A stretch of 64,000 nt of DNA from Spirochaetia bacterium. GTDB taxonomy: Bacteria > Spirochaetota > Spirochaetia > CADAEX01. Location: the NCBI GenBank assembly GCA_963662795.1, contig OY759746.1, forward strand, positions 1,312,001-1,376,000. Reading direction: 5' to 3'. Below, in pieces: positions 48,238 to 59,049 of the stretch. A program made the position numbers and the translations under genes. The notes below the pieces were generated by a model. It was given only the letters and a program-made list of their open reading frames with translations. It was not told the origin of the DNA and ran no database searches. Each line of letters opens with the position of its first letter. Within the stretch, counting starts at the first letter, position 1.

Positions 48238-49854
48238 ATGACAACTATTAAAAACTCGTTTCATTGGGCAGATATAAATGCTGATAAAATTATAAGGGAA
48301 AGAAAAAAACTGTTTGATTCCGGAAAAGACGCTTTTGTCTGCGCGTCAGGAATAACACCTTCAGGAACAGTTCACATAGGAAATTTCAGGGAAATTATTT
48401 CAGTTGAACTTGTTGTGCGCGCGCTAAGGGACAAGGGAGAGAAAGTGCGGTTTATTTATTCCTGGGATGACTATGATGTATTCAGAAAAGTCCCCGCAAA
48501 CATGCCTGACAGGGAGAGTCTCGAAAAATACTTAAGATTTCCGATCACAATGGTGCCGGACCCATGGGGCAAAGAAGAAAGTTATGCAAGAGCAAACGAG
48601 GCGGAGCTTGAATCGCTTCTTCCTGCTGTCGGAGTATATCCGGATTACATATATCAGGCCGCAAAATACAGAAAATCCGAATACGCACAGGGGATTAAAA
48701 CAGCTCTTGAAAAGAAGGATGAGATAAGAAAGATTCTGGACGAACACAGGACCTCTCCCCTTGATAAAGACTGGATACCGGTTTCTGTTTTCTGCAATAA
48801 ATGCAGCAAAGATACTACCAGGGTTGAGGGATGGGACAGGGAATGGGGCATAAGCTACACCTGCACTTCATGCGGGAACAGTGAGACAGTGGATTTGAGG
48901 GAAACGGCTTGCGCAAAACTTCCCTGGAGAATTGACTGGCCGATGAGATGGAAGCACGAAAGGGTTGATTTTGAACCGGCAGGCAAGGACCACCATTCGG
49001 AAGGGGGATCATTCGATACTGCCGAACGCATATCCAAAGATATATTTGATCACGAACCGCCTGTAACATTCCAGTATGATTTTTTAAGCATAAAGGGCAG
49101 GGGCGGCAAGATATCTTCCTCAAGCGGGGAGGTAATAAGCCTCAGGGATGTTCTTGAAATCTACCAGCCTGAAATTGTAAGATACATGTTCGCGGGAACA
49201 AGGCCCAACACGGAATTCGCAATATCCTTCGACCTTGATGTAATCAAGATATATGAAGACTATGACAAATGCGAAAGAATATATTTCGGGGTTGAACCTG
49301 TAAACGAGAAAAAGGCTGACAAGGAAAAAAGAATATTTGAGCTTTCGCAGGTACAGGATCTGCCGGATGAGATTTCATACCAGATCCCGTTCAGGCACCT
49401 GTGCAATCTGCTTCAGATCCAGTCGGGCGATATCGAAGCGGTCATAGCATCACTTCCTGATATAAGCGAAAAACAGAAAGAGAAACTGCGGGTAAGGTCC
49501 AAATGCGCATGGAACTGGATAAGGGATTTTGCGCCTGAGGATTTCAGGTTTGAGCTTAATATACACGACGGGACAGCAGAACACCCGGGAGATATTCCTG
49601 AAGATTTTGACAGGGAAACTTCCATAAAGGTTCTGAATCTGGTTGCAGAAGAAGTTAGGCAGCTTGAAAAGCATACTGAAACCACGCTTGCTGAAGCGAT
49701 TTACGCCGCGGCAGGGGAGTGTTCAATGGAGCCGAAAGATCTTTTCAGGCTGATTTATACAGTTCTTATAGGAAAGGAAAAAGGGCCCCGTCTTGCGGGT
49801 TTTATAATGGCGGCGGGAAAGGAAAAAATCCTCCCCATACTGGAAAAATATTGA
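48238..49854 (+). CDS. lysS: Lysyl-tRNA synthetase, class I
   Basis: HWAD, SGITPSG.VHIGN, KLPWRIDW, GKDH, KISSS, GPRL; start refined to ATG 48238. Confidence 0.96.
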   Translation: MTTIKNSFHWADINADKIIRERKKLFDSGKDAFVCASGITPSGTVHIGNFREIISVELVVRALRDKGEKVRFIYSWDDYDVFRKVPANMPDRESLEKYLRFPITMVPDPWGKEESYARANEAELESLLPAVGVYPDYIYQAAKYRKSEYAQGIKTALEKKDEIRKILDEHRTSPLDKDWIPVSVFCNKCSKDTTRVEGWDREWGISYTCTSCGNSETVDLRETACAKLPWRIDWPMRWKHERVDFEPAGKDHHSEGGSFDTAERISKDIFDHEPPVTFQYDFLSIKGRGGKISSSSGEVISLRDVLEIYQPEIVRYMFAGTRPNTEFAISFDLDVIKIYEDYDKCERIYFGVEPVNEKKADKEKRIFELSQVQDLPDEISYQIPFRHLCNLLQIQSGDIEAVIASLPDISEKQKEKLRVRSKCAWNWIRDFAPEDFRFELNIHDGTAEHPGDIPEDFDRETSIKVLNLVAEEVRQLEKHTETTLAEAIYAAAGECSMEPKDLFRLIYTVLIGKEKGPRLAGFIMAAGKEKILPILEKY

Positions 49855-49905
49855 AAATTATCGGAATAAAATGGAAAAAGGGAGAGATCTGATATAGAGA
49901 GATAT

Positions 49906-50850
49906 TTACCCCTGGTTTATAAGCCCTTTAAGCAGATTTCCTTTTTTTCTCCAGTTTTTATTTACCTTTACGCGGAGGTCAAGCGTAACAGGATAAGGAA
50001 AGATACCTTTTATTTCCCTTTTCGCGGCAACCTTTATCGCCCTTATCTTCTCGCCGGCAGAACCGACCAGAATACCTTTCTGGGATTCACTTTCAACAAC
50101 AAGAAAAGCCCTTACCCACAGCTGCTCGTCCGGAGGCGTGCCGTTCATCTCGATGTCGGCAATTTCAACATACATGCTGTGGGGAACTTCCTCCCTGGTT
50201 CTGTTTATCGCTTTTTCTCTTATTATTTCGCTTATCCTGAATGAGACATCCTGGTCTGTGTAAATATCGTCAGGATACATCTGCTCCCCTTCAGGGGCGA
50301 ATTCAAACATCGCATTCAGCAGCTCTTCTATGCCGTCCCCTGTCCTCGCAGATACATTTACTACAGCAATATCCCTTTCCCTGTGAATTTTTTTAAGGTT
50401 TTTCCGCAGAAAGTTCCCGAGGCTTTCCAGTGTTATACTTTTATTTGGTTCCGGCAGTTCGAGTGAATCTGTCTTGTTGACAGCCGCCACAATCTTTGTA
50501 TTTACAGCTGAAAGGAATTCAAGTATTTTTTTCTCCTCTTCGCCGGGTTCTCTCATGCAGTCGACAACATACAGGATCATTTCCGCATCATCAACCGCAG
50601 ATTCTGTTATCTGTTTGAGTTCGATATTAAGTTTTTTGTCTGAAAGGTGGTATCCCGGAGTGTCCTGGAATACAAGCTGTCCCCGGCTTTCAGTATAAAC
50701 GCCCCTGATAATATTTCTTGTAGTCTGGGGAGATCTTGATACAATTGAGACTTTGTGTCCGCATATCTGATTTATAAGTGTGGATTTGCCGGAGGAAGGC
50801 CGTCCCGCCAGCGTAACAAAAGATGATTTCATTGTCATTTGATACTCCAA
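49906..50850 (-). CDS. era: GTPase Era
   Basis: GRPSSGKST, PQTTR, DTPG, NKTD, EIIREK, EEVPH, KH domain. Confidence 0.96.
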   Translation of the reverse strand: MEYQMTMKSSFVTLAGRPSSGKSTLINQICGHKVSIVSRSPQTTRNIIRGVYTESRGQLVFQDTPGYHLSDKKLNIELKQITESAVDDAEMILYVVDCMREPGEEEKKILEFLSAVNTKIVAAVNKTDSLELPEPNKSITLESLGNFLRKNLKKIHRERDIAVVNVSARTGDGIEELLNAMFEFAPEGEQMYPDDIYTDQDVSFRISEIIREKAINRTREEVPHSMYVEIADIEMNGTPPDEQLWVRAFLVVESESQKGILVGSAGEKIRAIKVAAKREIKGIFPYPVTLDLRVKVNKNWRKKGNLLKGLINQG

Positions 50851-50924
50851 TCAGGCTATTTATTCAAGTTCAAAGAGATATAACAGGACAGAAACTGCAT
50901 GAAACCGGAAATATAAAGATTTAA

Positions 50925-50955
50925 AAATAAAAAAGCCGGTCTTTTGCCGGCTTTT
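50925..50955 (-). terminator. Intrinsic terminator upstream of era
   Basis: Minus strand AAAAGCCGG-CAAAAGA-CCGGCTTTT followed by TTATTTTT. Confidence 0.75.
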
Positions 50956-51191
50956 GAAAGCTGTCAGGGTTTTTAAGGCTGATCAGCTCACACATTTTAA
51001 AAAATACTATAAGCCAAAAGGCTTTTTTATAAACATCATTAAAAGGTTCTGCCGGCATTGCCGGCGAATCACATCTGGCGGCAGCATCATCAGACCTCCC
51101 GTTGTATAAATATTAAAAATCAATTTTCATCAATCTGCATCCGGATTCCATCCGGCCTCCCTCTACGATGCAGATGCAATTCCTATTAATA

Positions 51192-51220
51192 AATTTAAAA
51201 CATTAAATTAAATTTGTCAA
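51192..51220 (-). promoter_or_regulatory. Putative sigma70 promoter firing towards era
   Basis: Minus strand TTGACA-17 nt-TAAATT, same hexamers as the rpoN promoter candidate. Confidence 0.6.
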
Positions 51221-51290
51221 ATTTACTTTGCCTGTATTATCTTTCATGTTAAATACAGCTATTATATAGACTATTGTAATAAGCATTTTA

Positions 51291-51319
51291 TTGACAGCCG
51301 GAGTGCTGCGTGTTAAATA
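51291..51319 (+). promoter_or_regulatory. Putative sigma70 promoter for clpP-purC
   Basis: TTGACA-17 nt-TAAATA with TGn extension. Confidence 0.5.
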
Positions 51320-51338
51320 ACCAGAAGAGGGGAATAAT

Positions 51339-51941
51339 ATGAAACAGAATACACTTATTCTTGACAGCGAAGAGAGTGAGGAAAAAGATAAAAAAGAGCC
51401 GGATATCTCTGAAAAAATACTTAAAACACGGACAATTCTTCTTTCGGGAGAGGTAAACAAGAAACTCGCGGAAAAAGTAATAAGCCAGATGCTGCTTCTC
51501 GAAGCGGAAAACGATGAGCCGATAAAGATATTTATAGATTCTCCCGGGGGAGATGTTGATGCCGGATACGCGATATTTGACATGATAAGATTTATAAAGC
51601 CTCCGGTTTATATAATTGGAATGGGGCTTGTCGCAAGCGCGGGAGCGCTTATTCTGCTTGCGGCACCGAACGAGAGAAGGCTTGCCCTTCCCAATTCCCA
51701 CTATCTTATCCACCAGCCGTTGAGCGGAATAAGGGGGGTAGCGACAGAAATTGAAATACACGCCAAAGAGATTGAAAAAACCAGAAAAAAAATTAACAAA
51801 CTGATAGCTGACGAGACAGGAAAAGATATAAAACAGGTTGAAAAGGATACGGACAGGGACTTCTGGATGAACGCAGAAGAAGCAAAAACTTACGGCCTTG
51901 TTTCAAGGTTAATCAAAAACCGGGGAGAATTTGAAATATGA
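51339..51941 (+). CDS. clpP: ATP-dependent Clp protease proteolytic subunit
   Basis: IDSPGG, GLVASAG (Ser), IHQP (His), DRDFWM..EEA..YGL. Confidence 0.96.
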   Translation: MKQNTLILDSEESEEKDKKEPDISEKILKTRTILLSGEVNKKLAEKVISQMLLLEAENDEPIKIFIDSPGGDVDAGYAIFDMIRFIKPPVYIIGMGLVASAGALILLAAPNERRLALPNSHYLIHQPLSGIRGVATEIEIHAKEIEKTRKKINKLIADETGKDIKQVEKDTDRDFWMNAEEAKTYGLVSRLIKNRGEFEI

Positions 51942-52897
51942 CTGATGAAATTATAATCAGAAATTTTAAAAAGACTTTCAAGGGAATTGAAGAATCAGAT
52001 ATCCGCGCAGGCAGAGCTTCAGCCGGGCTGTACAAGGGCAAGGTGCGGGATGTTATTGATCTTGGAAAGGAATTATTGATTATAACTTCAGACAGGATTT
52101 CCGCTTTTGATGTAATACTTTCCACAATCCCTTTCAAGGGCGAGGTTCTTAATAAAACCTCGCTTTTCTGGTTTAACAAAACATCGGATATAATAAAAAA
52201 TCACATACTTGAAATAATATCGCCCCGTTCCGTAAGAGTAAAGAAATGCGAAATACTGCCTGTTGAGGTTATTGTACGGGGATACCTTACAGGTTCAGCA
52301 TGGAGAGATTATTCAAAGGGAAAGGATATATCAGGGATAGAGCTTCCGAAGGGGATGAAATTCAACCAGCGGTTTGATAAACCCCTTTTGACACCGTCTA
52401 CAAAGGCAGAGGCGGGGGAACACGATATGCCGATATCGTGCGCAGATATTGTTGCCAAAGGGCTCGTTGATAAAAGGATCTGGGATGAAATTGAAAAAAA
52501 AGCCATCTCCCTTTTCAGCCGGGGAACAGAGCTGGCCGCGAAAAACGGCCTGTTACTTGTTGATACAAAATATGAATTCGGCCTGCTCGACGGTAAGCTG
52601 ATGCTGGCAGATGAGATTCATACTCCTGATTCAAGCAGATTCTGGTATTCAGATACTTATGAAAAACTGTACAGCGAAAACATGGAGCAGCGTCAGCTTG
52701 ACAAGGAATATTTCAGAAAATGGCTTATTGACAGGGGATACATGGGAAACGGTGAAATACCTGAAATAACAGATGAAGTACGGGTTGGAACAGCAAAAAG
52801 ATATATTGATTCATACGAAAATATAACAGGTGAGATTTTTACCCCTGAGGCCGGGGATTCTGAAGCAGAGAAGAAAAAAATACTGTTACATCTATAG
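51938..52897 (+). CDS. purC: SAICAR synthetase
   Basis: GKVRD, SDRISAFD, VRGYLTGS, TPSTK, DTKYEFG, DEIHTPDSSRFW. Confidence 0.97.
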   Translation: MTDEIIIRNFKKTFKGIEESDIRAGRASAGLYKGKVRDVIDLGKELLIITSDRISAFDVILSTIPFKGEVLNKTSLFWFNKTSDIIKNHILEIISPRSVRVKKCEILPVEVIVRGYLTGSAWRDYSKGKDISGIELPKGMKFNQRFDKPLLTPSTKAEAGEHDMPISCADIVAKGLVDKRIWDEIEKKAISLFSRGTELAAKNGLLLVDTKYEFGLLDGKLMLADEIHTPDSSRFWYSDTYEKLYSENMEQRQLDKEYFRKWLIDRGYMGNGEIPEITDEVRVGTAKRYIDSYENITGEIFTPEAGDSEAEKKKILLHL

Positions 52898-53075
52898 CAG
52901 GCAGTAAAAGAAAAGTTTTCCGCCCTGACAAATAAAAGGATTTGCTGCTTCGGGAGGAAATATTTTTAAGAAATTTTTTCTTTTTTCTTTTTTATCCGTT
53001 TCCTCTGTTTTCCTGACCTCTTTTTCCAGATGTTCTGTTCTTCCGAAGGAAAACGAACCCGCATCAATAGTAATC

Positions 53076-54035
53076 ATGTCGTACAATGCCTGCAACCTGT
53101 TTGATGATATAGATAACGGAACAGAATATCCTGAATATGACCCATCATCAGGGGGCCTTTGGAACAGCGCTCTTTATCATGAGAGGCTTAAAAGGATAGG
53201 TGAGGTCATTGCGCTGGCACATCCTCCTGCCGGCCCGGATATTATATGTTTTCAGGAAATAGAAAACAGGAAAGTCATTACAAATCTTGCGTCTACTTAT
53301 CTTAAGAATTATTCATATGATTACATAATATCTCCTGACAGTGAAGGCAGCGCCATTACGACAGGAATCATAAGCCGGTATCCTCTTGAAAACATAAAGC
53401 AGCATTCACTCTTTACGGAAGGCTTTGAAAATTTGCGACCCATAACAGAAGTGCAGGTTTCAGTATCAGGAAAAAATCTGTTTATTTTCAACTGCCACCT
53501 GAAATCAAAACTGGGTGGAGATGAGTTTACAGAGGCAGCAAGACTTGGGGCTGCCGGAGCTCTCCGCAGAAGATGCGGTGAAATACGGCTTGAAAATCCT
53601 GATGCCGAAATTATTATCGCCGGGGATTTGAATGAGAACATTGACGAATATCAGAAGCAGACGGGAAAATATACAACCGCACTGATGCCGCTTCCTGATA
53701 AAGGAGAACCCGGAGAACAGCCTGAAAGCTCTTTATTTGTAACAGGCAATATTGAAAACCTGCAGTCTGCGGAAATCAGGGCTGTTTTCTATTCACCCTG
53801 GCTTGAAGGAGAGGAAGAAGGCAGTTATTTTTACAGGAACAGCTGGGAGACAATTGATCATTTTCTCCTTTCTCCTTCATTTTTCAACAAAAAAGGATTT
53901 GAATACTCCAGCTTCAGGGTTTTAAAAAAAGAAGAGCTTACCGGGAGCAGAGGAGAACCTGTTAAATGGAACAGCAGGACAGAAAGCGGCTATTCAGACC
54001 ATCTGCCGATTCTGCTTTTTCTGGCGCATGGCTGA
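53076..54035 (+). CDS. Endonuclease/exonuclease/phosphatase family protein, probably exported (true start likely upstream)
   Basis: SYN..NLFD, QEIEN, H.KS, GDLNE, IDH, GYSDHLP. Confidence 0.88.
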   Translation: MSYNACNLFDDIDNGTEYPEYDPSSGGLWNSALYHERLKRIGEVIALAHPPAGPDIICFQEIENRKVITNLASTYLKNYSYDYIISPDSEGSAITTGIISRYPLENIKQHSLFTEGFENLRPITEVQVSVSGKNLFIFNCHLKSKLGGDEFTEAARLGAAGALRRRCGEIRLENPDAEIIIAGDLNENIDEYQKQTGKYTTALMPLPDKGEPGEQPESSLFVTGNIENLQSAEIRAVFYSPWLEGEEEGSYFYRNSWETIDHFLLSPSFFNKKGFEYSSFRVLKKEELTGSRGEPVKWNSRTESGYSDHLPILLFLAHG

Positions 54036-54038
54036 AGA

Positions 54039-54719
54039 TTACTCTCCAAGGATAAAATCCCCGAAATCCTTTACAGACCTGAAATATTTTATGCAGTTTT
54101 CTGTCATATATTCCCTTATCTCGGGAATATCATAGCTCCAGCCCGCAGCAGCTGTTTCAACTCCCGTATTGTGACCCATCAGCACTCCGGGTTTCAGGTC
54201 ATCGAGTATCAAGGATTCCTCCGCGCGGAGACCAAGGACATCAAGTGCCGTAACAACAGGCCAGGGAAACGGCTTTCTTTTTGTCTCTTCATAGCTCCAG
54301 CCGAAAATCATGTCGGGGAAAAACCGGGTGCTGCCTGAAAAACCTTTTAACGTGTAATCCCTCTCAATAAGGTCTTTTTCCGAATGCGAGACAACAACAA
54401 CTTTGCCCCCAAGTTCCCTGTAGCGGATAAGTATCTCAATAAACCCCGGAAAAAAATCAGGGACAATCCCGGATGTATATTTTCTCCAGATATCATATTC
54501 AACAGCAATTTCATCCCTGTCCATACCAAGATCGCCGGTCATGTAGGCCATGATTCCAGGGTCAAAATTTATTCTGAACCAGTCATCGAGAGAAAGAGGC
54601 TCAAGGTGCGGACGCATTATTTTTATAACTTCAAGATGGGCCTTATAATGGATAATGGGGGTACTGTCGACAGATGTATCATCATGATCAAGAAACAGGC
54701 ATTTATATCTGAGATCCAT
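54039..54719 (-). CDS. HAD-superfamily hydrolase
   Basis: DHDDTSVDS motif I, VVSHS, KP.P, LDD motif IV. Confidence 0.85.
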   Translation of the reverse strand: MDLRYKCLFLDHDDTSVDSTPIIHYKAHLEVIKIMRPHLEPLSLDDWFRINFDPGIMAYMTGDLGMDRDEIAVEYDIWRKYTSGIVPDFFPGFIEILIRYRELGGKVVVVSHSEKDLIERDYTLKGFSGSTRFFPDMIFGWSYEETKRKPFPWPVVTALDVLGLRAEESLILDDLKPGVLMGHNTGVETAAAGWSYDIPEIREYMTENCIKYFRSVKDFGDFILGE

Positions 54720-54889
54720 TTAAAAAATATAATACAAACACCGGCCCGTATCAATAAAAAGAATTCCCCGGTGAGTTTCCTAAAGAAAATTCAGCTATTT
54801 TGTATAAACATTTAAAAAAACATTGAAAGCAATATATCTATTCAGTATAATTGAGCTGTTAAAAAAACCCAGGACAGGAAGGATTACTC

Positions 54890-57019
54890 GTGAACATAAA
54901 AAGAAAACTAATACTTTCATTTTTGATAACAACTATTGCCCCTCTGTTACTCATCAGCATTTTTTTCTCTGTAAAAAGTGTTGATACAGCCTACAGGACA
55001 ACCAGCCAGACGATGGAAAGCGTCCTGAAGATTGCGGAAGACAAGATAAATACCTTTTTCAGGGCAGCAAAAGAAAACACAAATATGCTCTCTGAAAACA
55101 GCCTTGTAAAATCTGCGGATGATTCAATTACGACATACAAGGACAACAAGGAAAAAACACCAATGACCCCCCTTGAGAACGGAGGCCTTGAGGCAGATAT
55201 TTTCAAATACTTTAAAGAAGTAATTGATACCCACCCTGATTACGCCTACGCTTCTTTGGGTCTTGATTACGGCGGATTTGTCATGTATCCGGTTTCAGAC
55301 AGGAAACCGGGATATAATCCCCCTGAAAGGGGATGGTATAAAACCGCGCTTGAAGATACTGAAAAAGCGCTTGTTGCGGATGTATTCAGGACATCGGACG
55401 GAAAATCGGTAGTTATAAGCTCTGTCAGGGCTGTAAAGGATTTTAATAACAGGGTAATTGGTGTAGCTTCTTTTGATATAACGCTTGACAGCATCACCGA
55501 CACTGTAAAAAGCATTAAAATAGGTAAATCAGGTTATGTAATTGTTGTCGATGATAACGGCAAAATATTATCAGACCCGATTCATGAGGATCTTAATTTC
55601 AAGGCCCTAAGCGAATGTGAAAACGGATATCAGGAACTCGTTGGTAAAGAACCCGGCATTTACAAACTGGATATCGATAAAACCGGCTATCTTGTTCTTG
55701 TTACAAAGAATACTACTGAAAATACTGCAAACCTTATCGGATTTATACCGGAAGTTGAGGTATGGGCAGAAACAAGAGCACTTCTTTTTTATACTATTAT
55801 TATTGGACTTATTCTCCTTGTAATCTTCGGAGCTCTGGGTCTTTTTACAGCCAATTCAATTATCTTACCTGTAAACAGGTTAAATCAGGTATTAAGAGAA
55901 ATTGCAGAAGGGAACGGAGATCTGACAAAAAAACTTGATATCAGGACAAAGGATGAAATTGGAGAGGTTTCAAGAAGCTTTAATCTTTTTTCAGAAAACA
56001 TGAGAAATATAATTTCAAAGATAAAATCTTCTACTATCAAACTTTCAGAAACCGGTGAGACTCTAAAAACAAGCATGAATCACTCTGCTTCTGCTGTTAC
56101 GGAAATTGCTGCCAATATAGAAAGCTCAAACAGGTTATTTGACAAGCAAAACAGCAGTGTTTCCGACACTGCCGCCGCTGTTGAGCAGATATCACGGGCC
56201 ATGAACTCCCTGAATGAGCTGATAGTTGATCAGTCCTCAAGCGTTACCGAATCTTCAGCCTCAATTGAGGAGATGGTTGCCAATATAAATAATGTAAACA
56301 AGATTTTTTCATCTCTTGGCGAGCATTATAAAAACCTTGTCGCGACATCAGATGACGGAAAGAAAAAGCTGGGTATTGTAAACAGCCAGATAAATGAAGT
56401 TTCAATCCAGTCAGGAGACCTGATGGAAACAAACCGCGTTATAAGCGGTATTGCATCCCAGACAAATCTTCTTTCAATGAATGCCGCAATCGAGGCGGCA
56501 CACGCGGGTGAAGCAGGAAGAGGATTCGCTGTTGTTGCTTCCGAGATAAGAAAACTTGCAGAAATATCCGCAGCTCAGTCAAAAGAGGTCGGACAGAAAT
56601 TAAGCTCAATAAAAGCTTTTATTGACTCTATTGTATCCTCTTCAGACGAGGCTGAAAAAACCTTTGATATAATCATGGATGTTGTAACAACAATTGACAA
56701 TCTCAGGGCTGAAGTAGAAAATTCCATGGCTGAGCAGATAGAAGGAAGCAGGCAGATACTTGAGGCAATTTCAAACATAAACAGCATAACACAATCGGTC
56801 AGCAGCGGTTCGAAAGAGATGAGCGAAGGAATAAACATGATCAATAATGAAATTGCAAAACTCAAAATGATTAATTCAGAAGTATTCAGCAGTATTTCGG
56901 AGATTTCTGCAGGGACGAAGGAAATAAATACGTCCATGCAGTCTGTCAAGGAAACATCGGAAATTACATCAGATGCGATAGAAGCTGTGAGAACAGAAAT
57001 ATCAGGGTTCAAACTGTAA
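54890..57019 (+). CDS. Methyl-accepting chemotaxis protein (dCache-HAMP-MCP)
   Basis: Two TM segments, Y.P.ERGWY dCache, [39 protein letters not shown]. Confidence 0.95.
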   Translation: MNIKRKLILSFLITTIAPLLLISIFFSVKSVDTAYRTTSQTMESVLKIAEDKINTFFRAAKENTNMLSENSLVKSADDSITTYKDNKEKTPMTPLENGGLEADIFKYFKEVIDTHPDYAYASLGLDYGGFVMYPVSDRKPGYNPPERGWYKTALEDTEKALVADVFRTSDGKSVVISSVRAVKDFNNRVIGVASFDITLDSITDTVKSIKIGKSGYVIVVDDNGKILSDPIHEDLNFKALSECENGYQELVGKEPGIYKLDIDKTGYLVLVTKNTTENTANLIGFIPEVEVWAETRALLFYTIIIGLILLVIFGALGLFTANSIILPVNRLNQVLREIAEGNGDLTKKLDIRTKDEIGEVSRSFNLFSENMRNIISKIKSSTIKLSETGETLKTSMNHSASAVTEIAANIESSNRLFDKQNSSVSDTAAAVEQISRAMNSLNELIVDQSSSVTESSASIEEMVANINNVNKIFSSLGEHYKNLVATSDDGKKKLGIVNSQINEVSIQSGDLMETNRVISGIASQTNLLSMNAAIEAAHAGEAGRGFAVVASEIRKLAEISAAQSKEVGQKLSSIKAFIDSIVSSSDEAEKTFDIIMDVVTTIDNLRAEVENSMAEQIEGSRQILEAISNINSITQSVSSGSKEMSEGINMINNEIAKLKMINSEVFSSISEISAGTKEINTSMQSVKETSEITSDAIEAVRTEISGFKL

Positions 57020-57057
57020 TTATAAACTGCGGCAGGCATACCCAGTATTTTCATGAC

Positions 57058-57086
57058 AAAAAACCCGGTTTACCACCGGGTTTTTT
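57058..57086. terminator. Bidirectional intrinsic terminator
   Basis: AAAAAACCCGGT-TTACC-ACCGGGTTTTTT between convergent genes. Confidence 0.85.
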
Positions 57087-57118
57087 ATTTTAAAAGATGA
57101 AGAGCGGTATTCAATACA

Positions 57119-58960
57119 TTAAATAAAATCATCCCTGATTACATCAACAGCTGTCTGGATTACTCCGAAAGGGGGGCTTACCTGAACACCGCATACGGCG
57201 CTTCTTACAGACTCAAGTATTTCCCTGGCAATAAGAATTCCTTCTCTCACCGCCGCCTCTTTTGTCCGGGTTTTTTCCATTCTTTTCATAATATGCTCCG
57301 GGATTGAAACACCCGGTACTTCGTTATTCAGAAAAAGTGCATTACGGTATGAGGCAAGCGGCCATACCCCTGCAATCAAGGGTATGTTTGTTCCCCTGAT
57401 CCTTTCTAAAAAATCAAGAAGAATTTCGGAATCAAAAACAGGCTGTGAAATAAAAAAATCAGCACCGGCTTCAGCTTTAAGAAAGCATCTTTCAATTTCC
57501 CTTTCAAGCCCTGTTGAGGCAGGATTTGCTCCTGCCCCGATAACAAAACTTGTCTGCCCTGAAAGTTCTCTTCCTCCAAGATCAATCCCCCTGTTCAGTC
57601 TTTTTGCTAGTGTAATGAGCCCGATTGAATCGACATCAAAAACACCTGTTACATCGGGGTAGTTTCCTACCTTTGGAGGGTCTCCGGTGATAATGAGAAG
57701 ATTTCGAAGCCCTGCGGCATGGGAGCCGAGAAGTTCCGCCTGAATTCCTATAAGGTTTTTATCCCTGCAGCAGATATGGGGAATTGTCTCTATTCCCGCT
57801 TTTCTTTCAATCTCAATCGCAGTTATAGCTACTGAAATCCTTGAGGAAGCCCTCGGTCCGTCGGGAAGGTTAATTCCGAGTATCCCTTTTTTCCTAAGCT
57901 CAGATGATCTTTCAATTATTCTTGCGAGATCTGTTCCGATCGGCGGAATAAGCTCAACAGTTGTTATCCAGCTCCCTTCTGCAAGAGCCCGGCCGAGAGC
58001 AGACTTTTCAGCGAGCGGAATTTCCTTCTTCTCCTGAACAGGTGTCTCCTGAAAACTGCTCCCCTTGCCGGCCGCGGCTTTTCCCAGAGAAAGAACCATC
58101 TGTCCGGCTTTTTTGATATGCTCGGGTGTTGTTCCGCAGCATCCCCCTATGGCGGCTGCGCCTGCTTCAAAAAATTTAAGCGCATAATTTCCGAAGTAGG
58201 ATGGGGAGGCAAGATACATGTTCCGGTTGTCAATCTCCCTGGGCAGGCCGGCATTAGGCATAACTGAAACAGGTTTTTTTACATGCGGTTTTACTGCCAT
58301 AAGTATTTCAAGAAGATGATCCGGACCTACCGCGCAGTTTATGCCAATCACATCCACTGCCTCTTCCCTGTCAAGCCGCCTTGCAAGGGAGGGAGCTTCT
58401 TTTCTGTACTCCTCTTCATTAAGGGGTCCTATTGTAAACTGCGCCTGCACAGGCATTGAAGGATCAATGCGCCCTGCAACCCTTACAGCAAGAAGCAGCT
58501 CCTCTATGTCCCTGAATGTTTCAAAGAGAAGAAGGTCTACCTTTTCCTCTATCAACGCGGAAATCTGGACTTCAAAAGCATTTTCCGCTTCTTTTTTTTC
58601 AATCTTTCCGAACGGGACAAGCCTCTGGCCTAAAGGGCCGACAGAACCCGCGACATAGACCTCATCCCCTGCAGCTTCCCTTGCTATCCTTACCGCCGCC
58701 CGGTTGATTTCTTCAGTTTTTTCTTCAAGCTGGTATGATTTTAGTTTGACAGGATTTGCCCCGAAGCTGTTGGTTTCAATTACCTGGGCTCCTGCCTCTA
58801 TATAACGCATGTGTATGCTTTTTACCATATCAGGAGAGGAGAGGCATACCTCCTCGAAACAGCTGCTTAATGGTATACCGTCCTCATAGAGCATGGTTCC
58901 CATGGCGCCGTCAAAGAGAATTATTCCGTCCTTTATCCTGTCAAGATATTTTTTCCTCAC
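57119..58960 (-). CDS. Bifunctional homocysteine S-methyltransferase / methylenetetrahydrofolate reductase (YitJ-like)
   Basis: DGAMGT, GINC, PNAG, GGCCGTTPEHI, then MTHFR-like domain (H..CRDKN, TGDPP, SQPVFD). Confidence 0.92.
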   Translation of the reverse strand: MRKKYLDRIKDGIILFDGAMGTMLYEDGIPLSSCFEEVCLSSPDMVKSIHMRYIEAGAQVIETNSFGANPVKLKSYQLEEKTEEINRAAVRIAREAAGDEVYVAGSVGPLGQRLVPFGKIEKKEAENAFEVQISALIEEKVDLLLFETFRDIEELLLAVRVAGRIDPSMPVQAQFTIGPLNEEEYRKEAPSLARRLDREEAVDVIGINCAVGPDHLLEILMAVKPHVKKPVSVMPNAGLPREIDNRNMYLASPSYFGNYALKFFEAGAAAIGGCCGTTPEHIKKAGQMVLSLGKAAAGKGSSFQETPVQEKKEIPLAEKSALGRALAEGSWITTVELIPPIGTDLARIIERSSELRKKGILGINLPDGPRASSRISVAITAIEIERKAGIETIPHICCRDKNLIGIQAELLGSHAAGLRNLLIITGDPPKVGNYPDVTGVFDVDSIGLITLAKRLNRGIDLGGRELSGQTSFVIGAGANPASTGLEREIERCFLKAEAGADFFISQPVFDSEILLDFLERIRGTNIPLIAGVWPLASYRNALFLNNEVPGVSIPEHIMKRMEKTRTKEAAVREGILIAREILESVRSAVCGVQVSPPFGVIQTAVDVIRDDFI

Positions 58961-59049
58961 TAAAAACTCCTGGTGTATTTTATATGAAACTGAGATTGAA
59001 TAAGGAGACCCGCTGAAACATGATACCCCTCAGGTTATTCTTTTAATTA

